Assembly: GCA_046318155.1 (NCBI GenBank)
Contig: JBKCUU010000011.1
Coordinates: 1-64,000, forward strand
DNA length: 64,000 nt
Reading direction: 5' to 3'
From: Bdellovibrio sp.
GTDB lineage: Bacteria; Bdellovibrionota; Bdellovibrionia; Bdellovibrionales; Bdellovibrionaceae
Every line of letters starts with the position of its first letter. Positions within the stretch are counted from its first letter, which is position 1. Positions 38,331-47,437 of the stretch are shown in pieces. The notes under the pieces were generated by a model. It saw only the letters and a list, made by a program, of their open reading frames with translations, was not told the origin of the DNA and did not search any database. A program made the translations under genes and the position numbers.

Positions 38331-38948
38331 TTACTTTAAGAGTCCTTCTGATTTCAGGGCCTGATGAACGGCCGGGCGATTCTGAACCCGTTCCATGTAG
38401 CCCATTAACGTCGGCCATTTTGTCAGATCTAAATTCAACATTTTGTTCCAGCTCAACACCGTAAACAGGTACGCATCTGCGACCGTAAAGGTTTGGCCCA
38501 TCAAAAAGGGTCGGCCTTGCAGTTGTGACGAGACCCAGTCGAGGCGCTTGCTCACATTGTCGAGAACAGTTGCGCGGTAGGATTCTGAAGTTGCGGGATA
38601 CCACAGAGGCGTGACGCCTTTGTGAAGTTCAGTTCCGATGAAGGTGAGCCACTCTTGCAGTTTATAGCGCTCAAAAGTACCATGGGCTGGGGCCAATCCT
38701 TTTTCGGGTGCGCGGTCGGCGATGTATTGCAAAATCGCTTGGCCTTCGGTCAATATCTCGCCCGTTTGAGTTTCGAGAGCGGGGACGTACCCCTTGGCAT
38801 TTAGGGTCAAAAAGTTGGTCCCTTTTGCCGTGAGTTTGGCACCGCCGTCTTTTGTTGAAACAGTTTCGGTCTCAAAGCGCAGACCCGCTTCGATCAAAGA
38901 AATGTGCGAAGCCAAAGAGCAAGCGCCGGGTCTAATATAGAGTTTCAT
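38331..38948 (-). CDS. gstA: Glutathione S-transferase (beta class)
   Basis: PGACSLASHI, KGYVPAL, LTEG.AILQY, TELHKG, FTVADAYL. Confidence 0.93.
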   Translation of the reverse strand: MKLYIRPGACSLASHISLIEAGLRFETETVSTKDGGAKLTAKGTNFLTLNAKGYVPALETQTGEILTEGQAILQYIADRAPEKGLAPAHGTFERYKLQEWLTFIGTELHKGVTPLWYPATSESYRATVLDNVSKRLDWVSSQLQGRPFLMGQTFTVADAYLFTVLSWNKMLNLDLTKWPTLMGYMERVQNRPAVHQALKSEGLLK

Positions 38949-39094
38949 GAAAGCCTCCGTTACTTTGAAGTATTTTGAAGGCCCAGGGCCTTCGTTAAGA
39001 TTGAAGACCAGTTCACACCCAAGATTGGCATCACGGCAAGGCGCGAGCGTTGCGGCTTTCCCGGGCGTGCTCGGCGGGAGCCATTAAATAGATT

Positions 39095-39892
39095 TTAGTT
39101 TTTCCAGGGCGGAGAATGACCAAGTTCAGCTTCTGGCGAACGGCCTAGATACTGGAGGCGTTCCCATTCGCGGGCCAAAAAACGACGTCCTTCGACACGA
39201 GCCGTCTGCTCAGAGGACTGCTTGGTGTCGCAAGCCGAATTGGGATCGTAACTGTTGGTCGAGCAGATCGAAATCGCGGCGTTCGGTGCATGCATCAGAT
39301 CGAGCCACTCTTGCGCTTTCAATGGACGTTTCGCTTCAATGGCCGGGTCAAAGACGTAGTACTCAGTCCCAACGCGAACGATTGGCGCCACATGGTACCA
39401 CCAAGTGACGACTCCGTCCGGATGATTGGGACTGTTCACGGCCAGACTACCAAAGGCAAAAATCTTTGCAGGCGCCAGAGCTCCCTGTGCTTGAAGGTGG
39501 CGGGCGGCCAGTTCAGCCCTCGCGTAGCAACCATCATCCGGAAAAAGCCAAGTCAGTCGGCGGTCGCGGTTTTGAGCATCTTTGAGCATCTTTTCATCAC
39601 GGAGGTCTTGAAAACGTCCCTGCAGGAGCTCAGGCGCCAAGGCGGGAACTCCCTTCCAGTTGGCTTCTTTCCAGGCTTTTTTGGCTTGAAGAGCTGAAGG
39701 GGTTGAGGTCTGAGCTGTGATGGCTTGCGTTCGCTGGCGGAGCTCGTGGAACTGGATGATGCTCTCGCTCGAGAGTTGAGCCGAACGCTTGGCAGAGAGT
39801 CCGCCGCGTGTTTGAGCGAAAGATGTCGAACTCAACAAAACAAAGGCGACAAGGGCCGAAAGTGATCCCGAAGGTGTTAGAAGTGAGCGCAT
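39095..39892 (-). CDS. Secreted protein-glutamine glutaminase-like enzyme
   Basis: DGCYARA (Cys), WWYHVAP (His), VFDP (Asp); signal peptide; start moved to ATG 39892. Confidence 0.8.
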   Translation of the reverse strand: MRSLLTPSGSLSALVAFVLLSSTSFAQTRGGLSAKRSAQLSSESIIQFHELRQRTQAITAQTSTPSALQAKKAWKEANWKGVPALAPELLQGRFQDLRDEKMLKDAQNRDRRLTWLFPDDGCYARAELAARHLQAQGALAPAKIFAFGSLAVNSPNHPDGVVTWWYHVAPIVRVGTEYYVFDPAIEAKRPLKAQEWLDLMHAPNAAISICSTNSYDPNSACDTKQSSEQTARVEGRRFLAREWERLQYLGRSPEAELGHSPPWKN

Positions 39893-40117
39893 GGAGGTCC
39901 CCTGAAAGTGGTCGAAGCTTAGCTTATAAAGCATGGTTTTGATTAGAATTCTTACCACCGTTCCCCTTTTTCAATCACTGTGTGATTTGTTCGACAGTTA
40001 GGACCGTGTTCCAAAAATTTGGTGGCGAGTTCGCAAGGGTTGCAGTCGCCCCTCGACAATGGCCTCAATTTAAACAAATCCAGTGCCATCTCCGGAGCGT
40101 CTTTTTATGCTTAAGCC

Positions 40118-40930
40118 ATGATTCAAGCAAAACACGTCATGAATCTCTCGACCCCGGTGCTGAGCTTTGATGCGACCGTCGCGGAAGCTATTGAATTTAT
40201 GAGAAAAAACTCGGCCGGTTTTGTCGCCGTTCGTGCCAGCGACGAACGTTTTCAAGGGGTGCTGACCGAAGGCGGCTTGGTTCGCGTTTACTTGCGCTAC
40301 CAACTCCAAGCGGACAAAGAGGCTCTGATTCTTTATCGCGATCTTTTGGAGCCGATGCAGCTGATCCACGAAGAGGAAGTCTTCCCCGAGGTGGTCAGAA
40401 AACTTCTGACGGCCGTTGGCCACCGCATATTTGTGATCAACAACGGGGGCCAGGTTGTGGGTTACGTGACCGCCAAGGATGTTTTGCCTTACTTTACGGC
40501 GGCGCCTCGCGGAAAACCCACCGACCAAAACGAGTCTCTCAAGTCAGATCTCTATATGTACGAAAGCTTTTTTGATAAAAGTCCATTCATGATGCATTCT
40601 GTGAACAAAGACGGCGTCATTCAGATGGCCAATGAGATGCTTCACAGCGTGCTCGAGTTTCCGTACGGCGAGTTGATTGGTAAAACAATTTTTGATTTGT
40701 ATCCGAAAGAAGCCCACAAGTATGCGGAAGAGGGTTTGAAGACAATTTTGTCTCAAGGCTACCACAAGGTCGTCAGGTCACAGATGCTGACCAAAACGGG
40801 CAAATCAGTTGAGGTTGAGTTGGTCTCGCGCGTTTTGACGAATCAGTTTCAAGATCCCATTGGGACCATGACCGTCGCGCGGCCGATCGAAATGGCGGTT
40901 CTTCTTAAAACACTTCAGCTGTCTGAGTAA
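40118..40930 (+). CDS. CBS-pair plus PAS domain protein
   Basis: AKHVM...GVLTEG and GYVTAKDVL CBS repeats; PAS (N..GVIQMAN, ELIGKTIFDLYP, TKTGK). Confidence 0.8.
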   Translation: MIQAKHVMNLSTPVLSFDATVAEAIEFMRKNSAGFVAVRASDERFQGVLTEGGLVRVYLRYQLQADKEALILYRDLLEPMQLIHEEEVFPEVVRKLLTAVGHRIFVINNGGQVVGYVTAKDVLPYFTAAPRGKPTDQNESLKSDLYMYESFFDKSPFMMHSVNKDGVIQMANEMLHSVLEFPYGELIGKTIFDLYPKEAHKYAEEGLKTILSQGYHKVVRSQMLTKTGKSVEVELVSRVLTNQFQDPIGTMTVARPIEMAVLLKTLQLSE

Positions 40931-41822
40931 ATCCAGCTTTGATATCGGGAGCTGAGCAGGCACCGGGTTTGCGCATTTCATTGCGGATCTTCGCGAGCTC
41001 GGTACGAGTGATCTGAAGATCTTTGGTGTCACAGCCATTGGCGAGCAAGAGATCCGAAATTTTTTCGGTCTCGTTAGCGAACATCACCATTTTCCAAATC
41101 AATTTGATTTTCAGCCAGTTCGTTAAGTACGTGCACTGATATTTGGTGTTTGGCGGCATGTACTCATCAGGACCGCGATCACCCTTGCGCATGTTTTCGC
41201 GTCCGCTCGCTGAGATGAGGTGGAAGGTGTTTCCCAAAAAGTTTCCGTAAAGACAGCGAGTCTCTGGCGTCCATTGCCAGCCACCGGAGATGTAGGCGTG
41301 CTTGAGCGGAACCATGTGATCAATTTGAATTTGCCGAGAGGACTCATACAAGTCCCCTGTGTAGGGGTCTTTCCAAAGACCCGTGTCGACAAGACATTTG
41401 TTGTTGCCACGAAAGGTCACTTTCTTTGAGGAGTCGCGGATCAAGACTTTTGCACGGACATTGTAGCAGTTTTCATCATCGGGATCATTGACCCAGCTGC
41501 CAAAGTGCTTGCGACGGCTGTAAGGTTCGGAGGCCACAGGAGGTGCCTTGTCGTGATGAACCCATTTGAGAAGAGAGATCGAAGAGGCTGCGGCTTCAGC
41601 GGCTGTGAAAAGTTCAGTGTCAACAAACAGAGTAACGGGATCTTCCCAACTGGAATTTTTTGCGGTCGAGGCCTCGTCAAGAGTGAAGTACTCAAGTTCT
41701 CTTGATGGATCTGTTTTTTGACCGGAGAGATGACTGTCGATCTGAAAAGCAAACGTGGTGGTGGACACTAGTAGTAGTCCGACCGCCCAAGACACACGAG
41801 ACAAGCCGTGCAGTTTGAACAT
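40905..41822 (-). CDS. Secreted HNH/DUF1524-type endonuclease
   Basis: Signal peptide; YSRRKHFGSW, WKDPYTG, IDHMVPL, N..KGD. Confidence 0.82.
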   Translation of the reverse strand: MFKLHGLSRVSWAVGLLLVSTTTFAFQIDSHLSGQKTDPSRELEYFTLDEASTAKNSSWEDPVTLFVDTELFTAAEAAASSISLLKWVHHDKAPPVASEPYSRRKHFGSWVNDPDDENCYNVRAKVLIRDSSKKVTFRGNNKCLVDTGLWKDPYTGDLYESSRQIQIDHMVPLKHAYISGGWQWTPETRCLYGNFLGNTFHLISASGRENMRKGDRGPDEYMPPNTKYQCTYLTNWLKIKLIWKMVMFANETEKISDLLLANGCDTKDLQITRTELAKIRNEMRKPGACSAPDIKAGFTQTAEVF

Positions 41823-42040
41823 GAATCCCCCTCGTTGAATCAATTGAAACCGGCCCCGACCAAAGAATCAAGTAGAGCTCCGTCAGGTTTCTCTCAAGAC
41901 TCATATGGTCGCGCCTGCAACGACGCACCATTTCTTTGTTTATGCGTGGCAGCAGTGGTCGAGTTTGCCAGCCAACAAAGGAGCTGGGTTGTTTCCTTTT
42001 AAGCTTTCTTAATATGCTGAAACAACTCGATTATTATCAT

Positions 42041-42088
42041 ATTCAAACGTTTGATTGAATATAACGTTGTGTTAATCAAGTGATTGAA
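42041..42088. promoter_or_regulatory. Putative TetR operator pair
   Basis: Perfect palindrome TCAAACGTTTGA (42043-42054) inside ATTCAA-N8-TTGAAT, plus related site TTAATCAAGTGATTGAA just upstream of tetR. Confidence 0.55.
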
Positions 42089-42101
42089 ATACGATGATTT
42101 C

Positions 42102-42815
42102 ATGGTTGATGACACAAGAAATGACAAAAAAACTGAAAAACAAATCAGTGATCGAGTGGCGCAAGAAACAGAAGGCTCGATTCTTCCTGCCGATCTCGAG
42201 AGCGGCTCGCGCGACAAACTTAAAGACGTGGCCATGCGCTTGTTTGCGGAGCGTGGAATTGATGGCGTGAGTACGCGCGATATCGCCAAAGAAGCAGGCG
42301 TGAACATCAGTCTGATCAGCTACTACTTCGGCGGTAAAGAGGGTCTGTACAAAACAACGATCAAGGAATTTGCCGAAGCTGCCGTGCTTGAGTTGACCGC
42401 ATTGATGGATGGCTACGCAGCCCAGACGCTTGATCAAGTAACTTACGTGAAGCTCATGCGTGGAATTTTAACTGGCATCATTACGTTTAAAATCCGCTCT
42501 CCCTATATGAGCGAATTGATGATGCGAGAAATGCTGGCGGGTCTTCCGCACATGCGTGACGTTTATGAAACTCTATTTAACACCGTTGCCGTTCGTATTA
42601 TGAATGTGCTCACGATGGCCCAGAAAAAGGGGATCGTTCATTCTGATGTGAATGTTCATACTTTGCTTTTTTCGATGATTCATTCGATGGACGTTTATTT
42701 TTTCGCCAGTAAATGCGGAACCCCGTTTATGCAGCAGTCGTACAAGATGCCGCAGGACAAAGAACTTTTAGTTGATCAATTCACCAAGATATTTGTTGAG
42801 GGAGTGATGAAATGA
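42102..42815 (+). CDS. TetR/AcrR-family regulator
   Basis: LFAERGIDGVSTRDIAKEAGVNISLISYYFGGKEGLY; exact start uncertain. Confidence 0.9.
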   Translation: MVDDTRNDKKTEKQISDRVAQETEGSILPADLESGSRDKLKDVAMRLFAERGIDGVSTRDIAKEAGVNISLISYYFGGKEGLYKTTIKEFAEAAVLELTALMDGYAAQTLDQVTYVKLMRGILTGIITFKIRSPYMSELMMREMLAGLPHMRDVYETLFNTVAVRIMNVLTMAQKKGIVHSDVNVHTLLFSMIHSMDVYFFASKCGTPFMQQSYKMPQDKELLVDQFTKIFVEGVMK

Positions 42816-44242
42816 GATGGCAAGTTGCCGTGTTATTGGTGCTTTTGGCACCTTTTATGGTGCAAGCACTGACGCTTGAGGAATACCTCGCTCAGGTCAA
42901 ATCTAAACACCGAGGCTTGCAAGCTTTGCAGGCTTCGAAAAGCGCGGCTCTTGCACGGCGCGAAGCTGGGGATGTGGGCCTCTCTCCTGTTTTGACTTTA
43001 AAAGCAACGTCTCTCGATGACAAAAAGCCACAAAACTTGGGCAACTTCGTAACGGATCATACCGAAGTTGTCGATTACTCGTTGGGTTTGGGAAAGTCGT
43101 TTTCGACCGGGACGAATGCTCAGATCACCGCCAACGCCAATGCAACCACGGTTTCGGGAACAAATTTTGGTTCAACCCCACCCGGATCAATCAGTCAAAC
43201 CAACGGGACGGGGTCCTTGGGCCTTGCGTTGTCACAATCGCTCTGGAAGGGCGGTTTTGGTCGCAACGTTCGCTTCCGGCAAGCGCGCGAAGTCCAAATC
43301 GAACGCACCGAAAGACAATCCTATGATCTGCAGGGGCAACAAATTTTGATTCAAGCAGAAGCGGCTTATTGGGATGTCTTGTTTCAACGTGATGAATTGA
43401 AACTGCGCAAAGATTCGCTCGAGCGTGCCAAGCGGATCGGTTCATGGGTCAGCCGCCGAGTTTCTAATGGCATCGGTGATGAAGCAGATTCGTACAACGC
43501 ACAAAGCTTGGTTGCGGGACGTGAACTTCAGTTGCTGGTCGCACAAGATGACCTGATTGCGGTCGAGCAGCGTTTAAGAGACATCCTTGAGTTGCCACCG
43601 GGAGAGAAGCTGCCAATCTTGACCGGAGACCTGAACGGCGTTCGTCGCCTCGAGCAAATGGCGCAAGGTCAATCTGGCCGCAAAATCCGTCTGGATGCTT
43701 ATCTGGCTGTCCTCGAGGCCAAAACAAAAGTCATCATCGCCGACGAAGTCGAAGACAGTTACAGGCCAGATCTCGTGCTCGAGGGTTTGTACCGCACTAA
43801 TTCGGCAGAAGCGAACTTGCGAGAGGCTTCAAATCAAATCTCTGATCGCAGTCGTCCCACGCAGTCAATTGGCGTGAAGTTGGTTTGGCTTTTGGACGAC
43901 GATGTCAAAAATGCGGCCCGCCAAACGGCAAAGTCTGAGGCGCTTTCGGCCGCCCTGAAGAAAGAACGGCAATTGCTCGAGAGCGATTCAGCTTGGAGTG
44001 AAATCAACCGCCGCCACATCGAGCTAGGACGAAAGATTCAAGCTGCTCAAGTGGTGAGCGATCTGCAAACCAAAAAAGCCGCCGCTCAGCGTGACAAGCT
44101 TTCAAAAGGTCGCTCGATCACCTCGGACGTGATTACGGCCGAACAAGATGCGGCCGAAGCCGTGTCGACTTTGATTCGTCTAAAGACCGAACAGCGTAAA
44201 CTAGAAGCCCAAGGTCGCTTGTTTGTGACCTATGAGGAGTAA
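42812..44242 (+). CDS. TolC-family outer-membrane efflux protein
   Basis: Signal peptide, helical OEP repeats; lies between tetR and the RND gene. Confidence 0.82.
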   Translation: MRWQVAVLLVLLAPFMVQALTLEEYLAQVKSKHRGLQALQASKSAALARREAGDVGLSPVLTLKATSLDDKKPQNLGNFVTDHTEVVDYSLGLGKSFSTGTNAQITANANATTVSGTNFGSTPPGSISQTNGTGSLGLALSQSLWKGGFGRNVRFRQAREVQIERTERQSYDLQGQQILIQAEAAYWDVLFQRDELKLRKDSLERAKRIGSWVSRRVSNGIGDEADSYNAQSLVAGRELQLLVAQDDLIAVEQRLRDILELPPGEKLPILTGDLNGVRRLEQMAQGQSGRKIRLDAYLAVLEAKTKVIIADEVEDSYRPDLVLEGLYRTNSAEANLREASNQISDRSRPTQSIGVKLVWLLDDDVKNAARQTAKSEALSAALKKERQLLESDSAWSEINRRHIELGRKIQAAQVVSDLQTKKAAAQRDKLSKGRSITSDVITAEQDAAEAVSTLIRLKTEQRKLEAQGRLFVTYEE

Positions 44243-44245
44243 TTT

Positions 44246-47200
44246 ATGAATTTGGCAGCACTCTCAATCAAACGTCCGATTTTTATTACGTGCATTGTAC
44301 TCTTGATGCTCGTGCTCGGCGCAATGAGTATGAAAAAGATGAGTGTCGATCTGTTTCCCGACGTGACGTTTCCGATTGTTTTTGTTCAGTCGATCTACCC
44401 CGGGGCGTCGCCGGTCGACATGGAAAAGCTTGTTTCAAAACCGATCGAAGATGAACTGGGTTCGCTTTCGGGTCTGGATACAATGTCCTCAACAAATGCG
44501 GAGTCTGTCTCTTACGTCATTTTAAAATTTAAACTTGGGACTGACATTAAGGATGCTGAACAGCAGGTCCGGCAGCGCATTGGGAATATTCGCAAGAATC
44601 TTCCGGATGAACTCGAACAACCCGTGATTCGTCGGCTTGATCCTGCTGATCAAGCCGTTGTTCAGTTGGCCGTCGTGTCGGATATGGATCCTGCCGAGCT
44701 TTATGACGTCACGAATGAAATCATCAAACCCAAGTTCGAAACCGTGGCCGGTGTCGGTCAGGTTTTGATTGTTGGTGGAACCAAAAAAGAGATCCAAGTC
44801 CTGGTTGATAAGTCTAAATTGCAAGACCGTCGCTTGTCGTTGCTACAGGTTTCGGACCGCATTCGCAGTACGTCGAAAGACGTTCCTGTCGGAAAGCTGG
44901 ATACAGGTGATAGCGAGATGGTGTTTCGTGCGACGGGGGAGTTTGAAAAAGTAGACTCTCTCAAAAAAGTAAACGTGAGCTTTTTTGGTAGTGATCAGGC
45001 CGTTGCACTTGAATCAATCGCCGAGGTCAAGGAAGGCTTAGAAGAACGCAAATCCATTGCGACAGTCATGGTCCGCTCAGAGGACTTTAAAAAAGTCCCC
45101 TCGATCTTTGTCTCTGTCTTCAAGCAATCGGGTTCGAACACGATTGCCGTCGTGGATACGTCGCTCAAGCGTTTACCCGAGGTGAACAAGATGCTGAAGG
45201 ACCGCGGTATTAAGGCTGAGGTTAAAGTTGTTCGAGAAAATGCGCGCCCCATTCGCTTGAACGTCGCAGACGTTCGCGAGTCGATCGTGATCGGGATCAT
45301 TCTTTGTATCATCGTGGTTTTCTTTTTCTTGGGATCCGGACGCTCGACCTTTATTACGGCCATGGCTCTGCCAAATTCGCTGCTTGGTGGATTTGTCATT
45401 ATGTACGCCATGGGGTTTACGATTAATATCCTGACCTTGCTCGCCCTGTCGTTAGCCGTGGGTCTTTTGATCGACGATGCGATCGTGGTTCGAGAAAATA
45501 TTTTTCGTCACTTAGAAATGGGTAAATCGCCCATGCAGGCGGCGCTTGAGGGAACAAAAGAGGTTGCTCTCGCTGTGATTGCGACAACTCTTGTTGTTAT
45601 CGCGGTGTTTGGTCCGATCGCCTTTTTATCGGGGATCGTGGGGCAGTTTTTCAAGCAGTTTGGTCTGACCGTGGTCTTTACGATGCTGATCTCATTGTTC
45701 GACGCTTTTACCGTCGCTCCGATGCTGTCAGCCTACATGGCAACCAAGCACGAGAAAGACAAAGGCACAGGTTTCATCGCCCGAATGCTGGCGGGCTTTG
45801 ATCGTTTTCAAACAGGGCTCGAAAGTGTCTACGAATCTTCGCTGGAGTGGGTTCTTAAAAATCCTAAAAAAGTCTTGCTGATGGGGTTTGGAACTTTCGT
45901 TGCCAGCATTTTATTGGCCCGGTTTATCCCGGCGACCTTTTTGCCCGCGCAGGATAACGGCGAGTTTATCGTGGGGATCGAAAAACCCGTGGGGACTTCG
46001 CTCGAAGCGACGGGTCAGTTTATGCTCAAAGTTGAACAGATGCTCAAAGACAACAAGTCCGTTGAACTGATTGCCTCGACAGTGGGGTCGACCTCGGGGC
46101 AAAGTGAATCCAATAAAGGTTCTTTCTACGTGCGCCTGGTGCCACGCAAAGACCGGGATTCAAATACGACGGGGGTTAAAGAGACCTTGCGTAAAACATT
46201 TGAACCTTTGCAGGCCGAAGCTCGACTCGAGATCGGGGACATTAACATCGGTGGCAATGCCGAGAAGGTCTTGAACCTAAACTTAATCGGGGATGATCTG
46301 GACACCTTAAGCGCCTATGCCGACAAGCTGGCCGCTCGGGTTAAGCAAGTAAAAGGATTGGCTGACGTGGATACCAATTACCGCAGTGGTAAGCCAGAAT
46401 TTCACATCGACTTTAAGCGTTCGCAGTCAGAATCACTGGGGGTCTCGACGGTGACAGCGGGGGCTGAGTTGCGTGCACGGGTTGAGGGGGTGATCGCTGG
46501 GACCTTCCGCAACAACGGAATCGAGTACGACATTCGCGTGCGTCTGCGAGATCGGGACCGTGATTTGCGCCAAGAGTTTGCAACGACGATGGTTCCGAAC
46601 ACCAACTTCAATCAGATTCCCTTGGCGAAAATTGCCGAGGGCGTCGAGACCAAGGGATTTTCACAGATCAACCGTCAGAACAAAGCCCGGTACATCAATA
46701 TCGGAGCAAATTTGGGTGCGGGCGGATCGCTTGGAAATGCGACAACAGACATCGAGAACATCATCGCCAAAGAGCCTGAATTTGCGCCGCCTGCGGGTGT
46801 GAGTTACAAGTTCATCGGGCAGGCCGAAGATTTTAAAGAGCTCATGCAAAACATGATTCTGGCGATGCTCTTGGGTGTGTTGTTCATCTACCTAGTTCTG
46901 GCTTCGCTGTATGAGAGTTTTGTCACCCCCTTCACGATCTTGCTGGCACTCCCCTTGGGGATTTCGGGTGCCTTGTTTGCGCTCTTAATAATGGGTAAGA
47001 CCCTGGACCTGTTTTCGATGATTGGTTTTGTCATGCTCCTCGGAGTCGTGGCCAAGAATTCGATCTTACTTGTGGATTACACCAAGCATTTGACCGAGGG
47101 CGGAATGGATCGAAGCCGCGCTATCGTGAAAGCGGGACGCACACGGCTTCGCCCCATCTTGATGACAAGCTTTGCTTTGATCGGCGGAGTCATCCCAATT

Positions 47201-47437
47201 GCCATCGGCCTCAATGAAGCCTCGGCTCAGCGAACTTCGATGGGAGTTGCGATCATTGGTGGTCTGATCAGCTCGACGTTCTTGACGTTGTTGGTGGTTC
47301 CGGCGGCTTACGGTTATATCGATGACTTTAGACTGTGGTCGTCGCGTCTAGTTTTGCGTCTCCGTGACGGAAAGACAGGAGCCCATGCTCGTCATTCGGG
47401 TCCCGTGACCGTGGATCAAATCGCGGGTCCAAAGTAA
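44246..47437 (+). CDS. RND efflux permease (AcrB/AcrD/AcrF family)
   Basis: 1063 aa; GLLIDDAIVVREN, KNSILLVD, RLRPILMT. Confidence 0.95.
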   Translation: MNLAALSIKRPIFITCIVLLMLVLGAMSMKKMSVDLFPDVTFPIVFVQSIYPGASPVDMEKLVSKPIEDELGSLSGLDTMSSTNAESVSYVILKFKLGTDIKDAEQQVRQRIGNIRKNLPDELEQPVIRRLDPADQAVVQLAVVSDMDPAELYDVTNEIIKPKFETVAGVGQVLIVGGTKKEIQVLVDKSKLQDRRLSLLQVSDRIRSTSKDVPVGKLDTGDSEMVFRATGEFEKVDSLKKVNVSFFGSDQAVALESIAEVKEGLEERKSIATVMVRSEDFKKVPSIFVSVFKQSGSNTIAVVDTSLKRLPEVNKMLKDRGIKAEVKVVRENARPIRLNVADVRESIVIGIILCIIVVFFFLGSGRSTFITAMALPNSLLGGFVIMYAMGFTINILTLLALSLAVGLLIDDAIVVRENIFRHLEMGKSPMQAALEGTKEVALAVIATTLVVIAVFGPIAFLSGIVGQFFKQFGLTVVFTMLISLFDAFTVAPMLSAYMATKHEKDKGTGFIARMLAGFDRFQTGLESVYESSLEWVLKNPKKVLLMGFGTFVASILLARFIPATFLPAQDNGEFIVGIEKPVGTSLEATGQFMLKVEQMLKDNKSVELIASTVGSTSGQSESNKGSFYVRLVPRKDRDSNTTGVKETLRKTFEPLQAEARLEIGDINIGGNAEKVLNLNLIGDDLDTLSAYADKLAARVKQVKGLADVDTNYRSGKPEFHIDFKRSQSESLGVSTVTAGAELRARVEGVIAGTFRNNGIEYDIRVRLRDRDRDLRQEFATTMVPNTNFNQIPLAKIAEGVETKGFSQINRQNKARYINIGANLGAGGSLGNATTDIENIIAKEPEFAPPAGVSYKFIGQAEDFKELMQNMILAMLLGVLFIYLVLASLYESFVTPFTILLALPLGISGALFALLIMGKTLDLFSMIGFVMLLGVVAKNSILLVDYTKHLTEGGMDRSRAIVKAGRTRLRPILMTSFALIGGVIPIAIGLNEASAQRTSMGVAIIGGLISSTFLTLLVVPAAYGYIDDFRLWSSRLVLRLRDGKTGAHARHSGPVTVDQIAGPK

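Noticed and set aside
47395..47418. Selenocysteine read-through at the selO TGA stop
   Set aside because: No Cys/Sec redox motif context, and another stop follows within a few codons.
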